From a virus: a DNA stretch of 64,000 nucleotides. Where the stretch lies: IMG/VR virus record IMGVR_UViG_3300045988_119876, positions 1-64,000 of that record; one strand, given 5' to 3'. Under the pieces are notes generated by a model. The model made no database searches, was not told the DNA's origin, and worked only from the letters and a program-made list of their open reading frames with translations. Numbering within the stretch: the stretch's first letter is position 1; every line of letters begins with the position of its first letter. Below are positions 55,564 through 64,000 of the stretch, one piece after another. A program made the translations under genes and the position numbers.

Positions 55564-55729
55564 CCTGATAATCATAAACTTTTGCCTTTCCCATTTTGGG
55601 TAAAGCACTGTAAAACAAACCAGGGCCCGCATCACTGCGAACCCTGATCTACACTAATCTAAACTAATACCATGAAAAACTTAAATCTAAAAACTAAAGA
55701 ACACACAAATGTATGAAAATGTATGGTTT

Positions 55730-55927
55730 TCACAAAGAATCTGTATCCTGTTCTTTCGTGTGATTCAAGACATGGGATATAGTTCTGATACTTAATCCGG
55801 TTTGATTTCGTATCAGATTATAAATATAGGATTTTGAAACTACAGTTCTTAATTGACCTAAATCATTCATAATGTTTTTATACATAAGATGAATGCTGTT
55901 ATTACGTTTGATGGTACTGATTCTCAT
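55730..55927 (-). CDS. small putative helix-turn-helix DNA-binding protein (65 aa)
   Basis: IYNLIRNQTGLSIRTISHVLNH resembles LacI/Xre-type HTH; lies alone in a ~700-nt noncoding region. Confidence 0.35.
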   Translation of the reverse strand: MRISTIKRNNSIHLMYKNIMNDLGQLRTVVSKSYIYNLIRNQTGLSIRTISHVLNHTKEQDTDSL

Positions 55928-56150
55928 TTCCTACCGTTATTAGTTACGTTCTGTTCTTACCTTCCTTTTTTTCTATAATCCCTTCCTGAAACTAATATTG
56001 CAAACTTAATAAAAATAATCCAAAAACAACGAAAGTCTGACTTTTCTTGTATGTTGCTGATATATGTGCATATATAAGAAAAGTGAGACTTTCACAAGCC
56101 TCACTCCCCAAATTATAACTATGAAAAAACTATATATATGTACACAAAAA

Positions 56151-58409
56151 TTACCTACATTCCAATTTATTAAGATCATCCAATTCAGGCTTGCTTACGG
56201 TCATGTCTTGCGTCAAGCCAGATCTGTTTTGGTATGGAGCGTAATCGGTTTCTACCGTCTTAGCCTTCTGAGTAGAATCGTATTTCACCTCTGATTCGGT
56301 TCCTGTCAGATTTTGGTAGATAGAGCCGGAACTACTCTCGCTTACTTTAGACCATATCTTATTACCTACTCTTATAAAATTATCATAAATACCTTCGGCT
56401 GTTATAACACCATCTTGCTCTACGATATTAGGGCCCGATTTTTCTTTTAACAGATACGGGTGCCTGGTGTAAAAATAGTGTTCAAAATCATTCTCGGCAT
56501 ACGAAGGGTCATACCTATCCAAATAAAACAATTTTGATAAAAAAGGGTCGGTGCTGGTCATGCTATAATCAAACAACATCAACCTGTCTTTTCCAGATAA
56601 AGATAATTCTATTGATTTCAAAATATCAGGATCATCAGAAATAAGACCCAAAGATGGACCAGATTTGAAGTCAAGATACTTATAGGCATTATCATATAAT
56701 TTTGTTTTATGGAGTTTGTTGTCAAGGTAATATTGGTATAAATCGAATAAGGATAATGGGTTTTCGCTATCTTGTTTTTTGTTCATGTACCGACTAAATT
56801 CCCGATCCACATCCGCGTAAGAAACATCAAGTACCGCCGGGTGCCCAAACGCCATCCTGGTCATTATCATGTCCTCCGTGTTCTGAGAATCCATGAACGA
56901 TCTGACGTATTTTTTAATGGAATCCATGAGCGTATTATTATCTACGTTCCGTACTTTCTCTTTATCCAAAACGCCGTTCTTAAAACAAGATTCAGGATAT
57001 ATTTTAGCAGGAAAGTGAGTTAGGTTGTGCTTGGCTAACACTGTTGATATTTGATACATCTCGTTAAGATCATCTTTGCTGATCCTTTGATATAGATTAT
57101 CTCCTACCTTAAGCAATGAATGTTTCTCAAATGCTTCTACTGGGTCTATATTTGATTCAGAATAAACGATATTCAAATTATCCATATATTCCGGCAATAA
57201 TCCAAAATAATAGTCTGTACTATCACCAAGAACATCATCTATAGAAGATGCCAGCGTTGGAGCATAATTTGCATCATTATGCCTGGCCACATAAATATCA
57301 AGATCCAGCATCAAATTATCTATCTTATTCAAAGATTCTTCTGTGCCATCATAAGTTTCTGACGCCCCTATTATATCTATGCCAAACCACGTACAAGCCT
57401 CTTCTATATCCCATATCATGCTTCTTAAATCAGATTCGGTGTCGGCATTAGCCCTATTTAAATAAGCTGATATACGAGCTCTTAGGAACTCTATTTTGCC
57501 AGGATTGTAATAAGACAGATCTTGTAGCTTAGACAAGGATCTTCTCTTGCCTTCTACCACATCATCCCCTTCTATGTTTATTACCGGAATCTTATTCGTA
57601 GATAAAAACTCATCAAACATAGATTCGGCAAATTCTTTATCAGAAACAAATTTCTCAACCAGTTCAGGATATGAGTTTCTCAACGATTCAAAAGCAGATG
57701 AAAATTCAGAAAATTTTTTTATGCCGGCTACTGTTTTACGCATAGCATAATAAAGCTCAGAAGGATTATATGGTACTTTTTTACCAAATTGGTTAAACAC
57801 TCCCTCCTTGTAAACAATAGGACCATACTGATAGTCAACAGACATAAAATAATTATCTTTTTCCCTATCATGTTCGTTATTGGAATAATCCAATAACTTC
57901 CTCATGGATGTCGAAACTTCATTAAGAACAGAAGGATCAGATAAGATTCTACTTATCTCTGTTTCATTATACAAGCCTGATCTTCTTAAATTCTGCTCAT
58001 TCAGTATCAAACTACCATCTACATAAAAATAATGAAGAATGATGTTGGATAATGATGGTGCCGTATAAACACCATAGGTAGATAAAAGAAAATCTCTTAC
58101 ATCCTTAACATCCTGATCCGTTAGAGGATCGGCAAAATAAGTTTGACGCTTCATATACGACAGCACGTCTTCTAAAAGAGGTTCACCATTGGAATCGGTA
58201 TTAAACATCTCCCCTGGAGCCGGGTTATTCCAATGACCGTAATACGACAAAAAACCAAGAGTGTAAGCCTTAGCCCATACCTGAAGAGCCCGCTCGCTGT
58301 TTCCTAATACTTTTAAAGCACTTTCGTAAAGAACGGAAGGCTCCCCGTTAGGAGCCTTAACCCGTTTTATTTCATTTTCCTTTTTTTCTATCTGACATTT
58401 GACACCCAT
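56151..58409 (-). CDS. large hypothetical protein (752 aa), probable structural protein
   Basis: ORF track; ATG verified at 58409. Confidence 0.7.
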   Translation of the reverse strand: MGVKCQIEKKENEIKRVKAPNGEPSVLYESALKVLGNSERALQVWAKAYTLGFLSYYGHWNNPAPGEMFNTDSNGEPLLEDVLSYMKRQTYFADPLTDQDVKDVRDFLLSTYGVYTAPSLSNIILHYFYVDGSLILNEQNLRRSGLYNETEISRILSDPSVLNEVSTSMRKLLDYSNNEHDREKDNYFMSVDYQYGPIVYKEGVFNQFGKKVPYNPSELYYAMRKTVAGIKKFSEFSSAFESLRNSYPELVEKFVSDKEFAESMFDEFLSTNKIPVINIEGDDVVEGKRRSLSKLQDLSYYNPGKIEFLRARISAYLNRANADTESDLRSMIWDIEEACTWFGIDIIGASETYDGTEESLNKIDNLMLDLDIYVARHNDANYAPTLASSIDDVLGDSTDYYFGLLPEYMDNLNIVYSESNIDPVEAFEKHSLLKVGDNLYQRISKDDLNEMYQISTVLAKHNLTHFPAKIYPESCFKNGVLDKEKVRNVDNNTLMDSIKKYVRSFMDSQNTEDMIMTRMAFGHPAVLDVSYADVDREFSRYMNKKQDSENPLSLFDLYQYYLDNKLHKTKLYDNAYKYLDFKSGPSLGLISDDPDILKSIELSLSGKDRLMLFDYSMTSTDPFLSKLFYLDRYDPSYAENDFEHYFYTRHPYLLKEKSGPNIVEQDGVITAEGIYDNFIRVGNKIWSKVSESSSGSIYQNLTGTESEVKYDSTQKAKTVETDYAPYQNRSGLTQDMTVSKPELDDLNKLECR

Positions 58410-58410
58410 A
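58383..58410. repeat. 28-nt exact repeat copy 1 (tttttctatctgacatttgacacccata), covers the start of the 752-aa gene
   Basis: identical to 59033..59060. Confidence 0.8.
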
Positions 58411-58435
58411 ATGATTAACTTTTTTGCAAAGTTAA

Positions 58436-58966
58436 TTATAAAACCGACTTATACAATAACGGATCCCAAACTCCTTCTATATAAATCTCTGGAAAACTTA
58501 AACCGCCATCACGAAGAGTAGTAACTTTCAAACTGGGAATATTAAAAACAGTGCAAACATCACCAAACTCACGGCTCAACTTAATAGCATTTCCGCTGTT
58601 ATCAGCTTCATAATAACAATAACAATAATTTTCATTAATGTTTGGATCATATTCGTACCAATATGTTAGATCCTGTATATGATCTTCTATATTACCAATT
58701 TTATTTTCACCTAATATAAAAATACCATTATTACTATGGTGATAAACTATAGATTCATAACCACCATGATTCCAATCACTATTAAACATTATATAACTTT
58801 CTTCGGAATCATTATCTTTTAATACAGGTCCTATATGTATATGAATTTTATTAAACTGACATACATAAGATCTTTTTCCTCCAAGCCTTTTTATATCCTC
58901 ATTAGATAACTTATTATAACATCCTCCCACGAAATTATCCGCAGCATTAAAAAATCTCCTTCTCAT
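58436..58966 (-). CDS. cassette gene B, hypothetical protein starting MRRRF (177 aa from ATG 58966)
   Basis: ORF track; preceded by an ~80-nt copy of the 3' end of the giant gene. Confidence 0.55.
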   Translation of the reverse strand: MRRRFFNAADNFVGGCYNKLSNEDIKRLGGKRSYVCQFNKIHIHIGPVLKDNDSEESYIMFNSDWNHGGYESIVYHHSNNGIFILGENKIGNIEDHIQDLTYWYEYDPNINENYCYCYYEADNSGNAIKLSREFGDVCTVFNIPSLKVTTLRDGGLSFPEIYIEGVWDPLLYKSVL

Positions 58967-59035
58967 ACTCAACACTCCTTGTTTAACTTATTTATCGAAT
59001 CCGAATTATCAGAACCTTCTACGAGATTCTTATTT
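58954..59035. repeat. ~82-nt repeat copy 2 (about 95% identical to 59666..59747), including a pseudo C-terminus ...NLVEGSDNSDSINKLNKEC* and the ATGAGAAGGAGA start
   Basis: direct alignment of the two stretches shows 4 mismatches. Confidence 0.8.
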
Positions 59036-59060
59036 TTCTATCTGACATTTGACACCCATA
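59033..59060. repeat. 28-nt exact repeat copy 2, encodes a 9-codon remnant MGVKCQIEK* of the 752-aa gene start
   Basis: identical to 58383..58410; similarity continues weakly for ~15 nt more. Confidence 0.8.
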
Positions 59061-59099
59061 GTGATAAATATTTTAGACAAAATACTATAAAAATAGAAA

Positions 59100-59678
59100 T
59101 TATGAAACTTCTATTTCATAATGCGAAGCCTTTGTTTCAACTATTAATCTTCCCTCTCCTTCAAACTCAACGCTATTATCTCCTGGACCAGTAACAAAAG
59201 GGAAATCAGATACGGATGTTACATAATCTTTATCACCACCAGAAAAAGACTGACTTTTACTTTGTTTGTAATTGATAGTCAATTGTGTTTTACCTATCTG
59301 AAGAGTTCCAGATAAATTTTTAGTATAAGTGGTGGTAGTTGTAATATCCCCATTTTTATAACAATACATTATAAAGGTGGTAACCGGACTCTTTTTTATA
59401 TTACTATCCGGACCTTCATGATAAGATTCATTTCCTCCAAATATGCTATAAATGTGACAATAGGGACCGACTCTTTTACTTGAAGTTTTAGCCTTATTCT
59501 CGACTCCTTTCAAAGATATAGTAACCTTACTCTTGTATTCAACATCCTTCCAATTACAGACTCCTTCACTTACGTTTCCAACAAACCCGTCATCAACATA
59601 AACCTCTATATTCCCCTGCTGATTGGTCTTCAACTGATACTGAACAAGACCTGAAACATCTTCATATCTCCTTCTCAT
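59100..59678 (-). CDS. cassette gene A, hypothetical protein starting MRRRY (193 aa from ATG 59678)
   Basis: ORF track; ATG overlaps the giant-gene stop (TGAGTATG). Confidence 0.55.
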   Translation of the reverse strand: MRRRYEDVSGLVQYQLKTNQQGNIEVYVDDGFVGNVSEGVCNWKDVEYKSKVTISLKGVENKAKTSSKRVGPYCHIYSIFGGNESYHEGPDSNIKKSPVTTFIMYCYKNGDITTTTTYTKNLSGTLQIGKTQLTINYKQSKSQSFSGGDKDYVTSVSDFPFVTGPGDNSVEFEGEGRLIVETKASHYEIEVS

Positions 59679-59747
59679 ACTCAACACTCTTTATTTAACT
59701 CATTTATCGAATCCGAATTATCAGAACCTTCTACAAGATTCTTATTC
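59666..59747. repeat. ~82-nt repeat copy 1 = authentic 3' end of the giant gene plus start of gene A
   Basis: see 58954..59035. Confidence 0.8.
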
Positions 59748-62700
59748 CTATCTATCTCTTCCTGGCTCATGTTGCTCATCATATTTTGTATTTTTCTACC
59801 AGATTGAGATAAAGAGCGGATGAATGCGCTGGAGCTTATCTTAACTCCAAGATCCGGTTTCGCCCTAAACGCTTCACCGGTACTGATATTATACAAATCA
59901 TACACACCTGAGTTCATATAGAATTTATATATCCAGTTTCCACCAGCTTTTTTGTACCCTAATTTGGTTAGCTCAGTTACACTCATACCAAATTTAATAC
60001 CATTACGACCCATTATCTTCTCCGGTATAGGCTCTACCTTAGCCGGAACAGATGTATATGCTTCATCACCGCCGTACAGGAAATAAGGGGTTGTTACCCT
60101 TGATATGTGAGTAAGCGGCTCTTCGGATATACGAGGTTCGTCTTTCGCAGCCTTAGATCCTTTCCTTAGATTGGATATTCTAATAAAAGGATCGTATGTC
60201 AAAAAGGTTAAGCCGTATTCTACTTTATAACCTGATACGCCGTTAAGGTCCCTTATAGCCTTAGTCGTATGCGAGTGATTGATGGTGTCTATACCATACC
60301 TTGATTCCATATCGGTCATAATGCTATTAACCTCATCTCCCTCTACATAAACCTCTTCTCCTTCCGGAATAGAGGTTATGCCGGAAGCCCTTCTAAGTAG
60401 CCATAAAGTAACTTCAGCAATGTCAGAGAACTTATCTCCGTTCTTTCTATAGTTATCTACTCTTCCTTCTTGAGATCCAGGTAATTCGACATTTCTTTCA
60501 ACTTCGACATTTGTTCTGGATTGTCCTTTGCCTTCTCCATCTCCCTTTTTATCGCCATCTTCCTCAGTGCGTACTGCACCGCCTTCTGCACTTCCTTCTT
60601 TTCCATTATTTAAAATATTATCTGATTCTGACTCTATAGACTCCACAACAGCATCATACTCTGGAATGCCACTAAGGAAATCTGCTACGTTATTCAAAAA
60701 CTCTATTTTTTCCTCGTTTGTCATATCAAGGCTTTCCATAGGCTCCCATATGGCAGGCAAGTTATTTGATTCTATTGCAGTAGAAACATCTTCTACAGTT
60801 TGATTATCTACCGTAGGCAAAACTTCAGAAACCAAACTATTGATGTCAGATTCCATTTTTTCTACTTCCTCTTTTGTGCCATATTCTTTTAGGGTATCCA
60901 TACCATTGACTCTAAGAGAATAATTCAAAGCCTTGCTTGGAACAAAATTAATATATTTCAAAAAGTTTTTCAACTCTGATATAATTTGTTCGTCAGATCT
61001 TGGCCCAACATAATCCGCTACTACCTGATCCGTTTGAGAACGAAGCCAAGAAACGTATTCATCTAAGGTCTTACCTCCCTTTTTAGAAGGAGTGGATATT
61101 TTATCACCTACTGTTCCTTTAGGTTCTAATCCCATTTCCTCCTTAAGACTTTTTGGATTACCTCTATCACGAAGAAACCTCAAATCGCCTCCTACAATCT
61201 TCCTTGCTATAAAATCAAAAATATTAGCATAAGGCGGCAATCCTTCTTTTTCTATATGAGATTCTATTTCGTTTAACATAAGAGAGAAGTTTTTCCTGGA
61301 GGTACGCTTCTTGCCAGGTAAAGACTGCGCAGCTTGTGCCGCAGGAGCCGGCTGAGTTGATGGCGTCGGCTGAGTCGCCTGGACAGGCTCTTCCTCTGGC
61401 ATTTCCTCTTCGTAAATATCCACATCTTCCTTGGAAGTAACGGTCTTACCCTCATCAGAGAAAGGAAGATCATCCTCTATAAGCGACTTAGGGCTGGAAG
61501 ATGATTTACCAAACTGAATCCTGATCTTAGGAGCGACAAACATCTCACCTTCGAAATCTATTCCAGATTCTACTTCAGACGTCACAATGTCTTTCACGCT
61601 CCTACTTCCATCTTCTACCCACTTAACAACATCAGGAACTGTAGATAATTTTTCTATAGCCTCACGAGCTTTTCTAAGCCCTGAAATAGGATTCAAATAC
61701 GATACTTGATACGAAGCCGGATCAAGACCTAACTTGGTTAGATACGCATTAAGATCTTGTATATCATCTTGACCCATCTGTAGCAATTCAGAATCACCGG
61801 ATTCAAGCAGCATATCTATAAAAGACATCCATTTCTGCCCTTCCTCTGATTCCACAGAACGTAGGCTAACTGGGAAAAGATAATTAAGACCGTTTTTACC
61901 TTTGATGACAACTACCGGAACTCTTACATTTTTGTAATTATTCCCCTTGTCATTTAATATAGAATAAGCAAATGGGAAGCCTGTGTATTTAGATCCGTTC
62001 TTAAGCACGACTTTACCATTTAATACATATCCGACATCAGATACTTTTTCAGCACCTTTTTCGGTAATAGGGAGATTTTCTACCTGGCCATATCCTTGAC
62101 CGTTCACCTTCATGTTAAACACCGGTCTTCCGGGAAGGGTCTGGGCAACAACATGCGTGCCGACGCCGATGGTAGCCGACCGGCCGGCGTCCTTCTTCCA
62201 CTTGTTAAAAGCCGTTCTTCTTATTTTACTTATACCATCTATGCCTCCTGTATCAGCTTTTACAACAGAAACGAATCTGTTCCCACTCATGACCTTGATA
62301 ACCATATTGGATACCAGTTTATTCTCAGCAGATTCTATTCTTTTTTTATCGCCGGACTGAACAGCGTCATTGTATTCGGCAAAAAGAGACTGATTATAGG
62401 TATCATTTACATCTATTTCGAGATTAACCTTATCTCCTTTTTTCAAAGAAGATAATGCTTCCTGATCTATTTTATCTACCTCATTCTCTCCGAATCCGAC
62501 ACCTGTTCTGTACGGAACCAATTCATCTGAATCAAGACGCTTATAAACCAAAGAATAGGAATTACCCACGTCCTGAATAGACACGTCTGTGTAACGGTTA
62601 AGAACACGAGCCGATTCTTTGTCTATAGACCATCTCGCATGATAAGGCAATTCAATTATAGTAGCCGTTTCTCCACCTATATTAAGAGAATACCTTTTAG

Positions 62701-64000
62701 TGCCATTAGCGTTCGTTTCAGAGCTTATTTGAATAGGAACCAATGATTTTATAGAAGATATAAATTTATCGGCTCTAAGACCTGCAATTTCATACCTTTC
62801 GTTGCCATCGTTGGATATTCTTCTAACCATCAACGTCTCTGGATTCTGGGCGCTATCTATGTTAGCTCCAGGCGTATTATCGGATTCATCTAACTCATTT
62901 ACAAGAGAATCTATATTGGTATCATCCTCCCCAAAATTACTTAACGTAGATTCGGAAATACGACCTTTATCAATAATCCTGTTTTGTTCGATATAAGGAA
63001 GGAGATCTGTGATGTTTCCAACCTGGCCAAGATCTTCTATGGTAAATACCGAATCGGCAAGCTTATCTTCGTCAACCTTCTCCCCTTTATCCCGTCTGTT
63101 CATTATATCAACATACGAAGAAATAGCATCATCAAGTTCCTTCCTTTGATCTGGTTCTAAATTGGATTTAGCCATATCAATAATAGCTTTATTATCCTCA
63201 TACACAGATCTCGGACTTGTAAGCCTATCAGCCTTCTCAGATAATGATTTTATGAGATTAACAGGACTGTCACCCAAAGATGATACATAATCATCAAAAT
63301 CTTGTTTGTATTTATCATACACATCTTTTTCTCTCGCAGTAAGAAGATCGGCATTGCCTGTATATAGTTTATCAATTATAGACTGCCTTACGGCCGGAAC
63401 CATAATAGGATTATCCATAGCAGCCTCATAATCTTCATCCGATACAGACTCCGTAAGCGGTGACTCTTTTATATCATCTTCTGCTTCCCTCATCCTATCT
63501 TCCCTTACTTTATCAAGAGCATGCATAAAAGCCTTGATAGTCCAAGCTTCGTCTTCCGAAATCTTACCTTCTGACACAGCTTGATCTACTACCTCATCAG
63601 TATCATATTCACCAACTTTATTAGGCTCTGCAAAATCAGGAACCTTATCATCCCCCTTATAAGGAGTAGACCATAGAGAAGACAGCGCTTTTGAAAATCC
63701 CCTGTTTTCCTCAGCTAAGAATCTTTTATCAAGCATCTTGGACAAGAAGTTATTCATATTCCTATAGCCCATCAAACTCCTTCGGTATTCATTTACCAAG
63801 GATCTCATGGCTTTGTCTTTGGCTGTAAACTTCTTTTCCTGTCTTGATTTTACATTAAAATAATCATCAAAAGCCACAAGCGTATCATAGGCTTCTATTA
63901 CATCTTGTGAACTTATGGGAGAAAGAGGAGATGATAAAACAGATTCGGTTTTACTTACCAACTCTTCTATCGAAAACTCTTTTCCTATTAACGTTGATAA
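59681..64000 (-). CDS. giant hypothetical protein, at least 1439 aa, 5' end beyond the window
   Basis: track start 63961 is a TTG; the 13 codons upstream to the window edge are open and read LSTLIGKEFSIEE, so the gene probably continues. Confidence 0.7.
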   Translation of the reverse strand, partial: LSTLIGKEFSIEELVSKTESVLSSPLSPISSQDVIEAYDTLVAFDDYFNVKSRQEKKFTAKDKAMRSLVNEYRRSLMGYRNMNNFLSKMLDKRFLAEENRGFSKALSSLWSTPYKGDDKVPDFAEPNKVGEYDTDEVVDQAVSEGKISEDEAWTIKAFMHALDKVREDRMREAEDDIKESPLTESVSDEDYEAAMDNPIMVPAVRQSIIDKLYTGNADLLTAREKDVYDKYKQDFDDYVSSLGDSPVNLIKSLSEKADRLTSPRSVYEDNKAIIDMAKSNLEPDQRKELDDAISSYVDIMNRRDKGEKVDEDKLADSVFTIEDLGQVGNITDLLPYIEQNRIIDKGRISESTLSNFGEDDTNIDSLVNELDESDNTPGANIDSAQNPETLMVRRISNDGNERYEIAGLRADKFISSIKSLVPIQISSETNANGTKRYSLNIGGETATIIELPYHARWSIDKESARVLNRYTDVSIQDVGNSYSLVYKRLDSDELVPYRTGVGFGENEVDKIDQEALSSLKKGDKVNLEIDVNDTYNQSLFAEYNDAVQSGDKKRIESAENKLVSNMVIKVMSGNRFVSVVKADTGGIDGISKIRRTAFNKWKKDAGRSATIGVGTHVVAQTLPGRPVFNMKVNGQGYGQVENLPITEKGAEKVSDVGYVLNGKVVLKNGSKYTGFPFAYSILNDKGNNYKNVRVPVVVIKGKNGLNYLFPVSLRSVESEEGQKWMSFIDMLLESGDSELLQMGQDDIQDLNAYLTKLGLDPASYQVSYLNPISGLRKAREAIEKLSTVPDVVKWVEDGSRSVKDIVTSEVESGIDFEGEMFVAPKIRIQFGKSSSSPKSLIEDDLPFSDEGKTVTSKEDVDIYEEEMPEEEPVQATQPTPSTQPAPAAQAAQSLPGKKRTSRKNFSLMLNEIESHIEKEGLPPYANIFDFIARKIVGGDLRFLRDRGNPKSLKEEMGLEPKGTVGDKISTPSKKGGKTLDEYVSWLRSQTDQVVADYVGPRSDEQIISELKNFLKYINFVPSKALNYSLRVNGMDTLKEYGTKEEVEKMESDINSLVSEVLPTVDNQTVEDVSTAIESNNLPAIWEPMESLDMTNEEKIEFLNNVADFLSGIPEYDAVVESIESESDNILNNGKEGSAEGGAVRTEEDGDKKGDGEGKGQSRTNVEVERNVELPGSQEGRVDNYRKNGDKFSDIAEVTLWLLRRASGITSIPEGEEVYVEGDEVNSIMTDMESRYGIDTINHSHTTKAIRDLNGVSGYKVEYGLTFLTYDPFIRISNLRKGSKAAKDEPRISEEPLTHISRVTTPYFLYGGDEAYTSVPAKVEPIPEKIMGRNGIKFGMSVTELTKLGYKKAGGNWIYKFYMNSGVYDLYNISTGEAFRAKPDLGVKISSSAFIRSLSQSGRKIQNMMSNMSQEEIDRNKNLVEGSDNSDSINELNKEC

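Noticed and set aside
1-64000. Alternative genetic code (TGA or TAG recoding across the genome)
   Set aside because: All long ORFs, including 6.4 kb and 4.3 kb ones, are intact under the standard code and genes tile without systematic in-frame stops. The single TGA at 13401 is a local oddity.
1-64000. CRISPR arrays, rRNA or tRNA genes
   Set aside because: No regularly spaced direct repeats, no rRNA-like conserved stretches and no cloverleaf candidates were seen in intergenic regions. A tRNA scan by software would be needed for certainty.

Overview
This 64 kb window looks like part of a large, low-GC (about 36-38% by eye) tailed dsDNA phage or prophage, with two convergent gene blocks. Positions 1-40420 hold about 85 tightly packed rightward (+) genes, most of them small early-type ORFs with ATGA/TAATG stop-start overlaps and occasional AGGAGG ribosome-binding sites. 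Recognisable products in the + block include a DnaB-family helicase, a zinc-ribbon/TOPRIM primase, an SF2 DEAD/DEAH-box helicase, two PD-(D/E)XK (Cas4/RecB-like) nucleases, a C5 cytosine methyltransferase, an ABC-type ATPase, a polymerase-beta-fold nucleotidyltransferase, a DUF5664-like domain protein, a lipoprotein and many zinc-ribbon proteins. The + block also carries a contiguous acyl-carrier-protein / NfeD / flotillin (SPFH) module, which I rank as the most unusual content. Positions 40535-64000 are leftward (-) and carry three giant ORFs of 2140 aa, 752 aa and 1426 aa or more (the last runs off the window edge), plus small virion-module-like genes. One of these has a DUF2829 (Tad2-like) C-terminal domain. 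There is also an RG/ER-rich low-complexity protein, a Gly/Gln/Asn/Cys-rich membrane protein, and four small proteins that all begin with MRRR(F/Y). The locus between the 1426-aa and 752-aa genes is a tandemly duplicated cassette slot: about 80 nt of the giant gene's 3' end, followed one gene later by 28 nt of the 752-aa gene's 5' end, is repeated around two unrelated cargo genes. Other oddities are an in-frame TGA followed by 56 open Cys-rich codons with no start codon, an A7 run that splits one gene by a +1 frameshift, tandem and dispersed paralog pairs, and a GC-rich DUF1566 domain grafted onto an early gene. No rRNA, tRNA or CRISPR array could be supported, and several rho-independent terminators are visible. 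All calls rest on reading the sequence and remembered family motifs; none were checked against a database.
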